From NCBI GenBank assembly GCA_051439505.1, contig JBFRWI010000038.1, positions 1-46,355 on the forward strand: a stretch of DNA of 46,355 nucleotides, written 5' to 3'. The notes below the pieces were generated by a model. The model did not search any database, was not told where the DNA came from, and was given only the letters and a program-made list of their open reading frames with translations. Numbering within the stretch: position 1 is the stretch's first letter; every line of letters starts with the position of its first letter. The translations under genes were made by a program, and so were the position numbers. The stretch comes from Hormoscilla sp. (GTDB lineage: Bacteria > Cyanobacteriota > Cyanobacteriia > Cyanobacteriales > Desertifilaceae). Positions 46,181 to 46,355 of the stretch are shown piece by piece.

Positions 46181-46355
46181 TTCGGCGTTGCACAACGACG
46201 GGATGATGAGGTCTGCTAATTGCAGAGGACGAAGTGCGCGACGCAGGAGCGCTATTGTCAATGGTTAATTGAGAGCGTCATTTATAGTCATGAATAGATA
46301 GCTTTACTCTTTTCAATTAGCAATTAGCCATTAGCAAAGTTGAAAAATTGGCTGC

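Overview
Chromosomal window from a filamentous (Oscillatoriales-like) cyanobacterium, judged from abundant HIP1 octamers (GCGATCGC), heptamer STRR tracts and cyanobacteria-specific genes. Housekeeping genes (iscA, zds/crtQ, mnmE, two mscS, cobS, bciB, CPA1 antiporter, DUF1995, PPP phosphatase, Nudix, M48 protease, DUF4330) alternate with three accessory blocks. Block 1 (4.1-11.4 kb) holds a MazEF-type toxin-antitoxin pair and a ~1880-aa protein with an unusual architecture: degenerate OAA-type lectin, then 14 WD40 blades (13 near-identical at DNA level, variable at surface positions), then a membrane-inserted KAP P-loop NTPase. This is the best candidate for an undescribed immune-like receptor. 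Block 2 (21.4-27.8 kb) is a variable cobS-bciB interval in which cargo genes are separated by extra copies of the cobS 3' end and the bciB 5' end, with some junctions at HIP1 sites. Block 3 (35.8-45.4 kb) is a co-oriented filamentous-haemagglutinin / secreted CHAT protease / DUF928 / CHASE2 hybrid kinase cluster. The window also contains at least four MITE families with target-site duplications (one in frame inside a gene), a double-hairpin element inserted into a HIP1 site, several orphan gene fragments, an RHH-HATPase fusion lacking an H-box, and a candidate sRNA. No rRNA, tRNA, CRISPR array, transposase, integrase or reverse transcriptase was seen. Family assignments come from motif recognition by eye, not from database searches.
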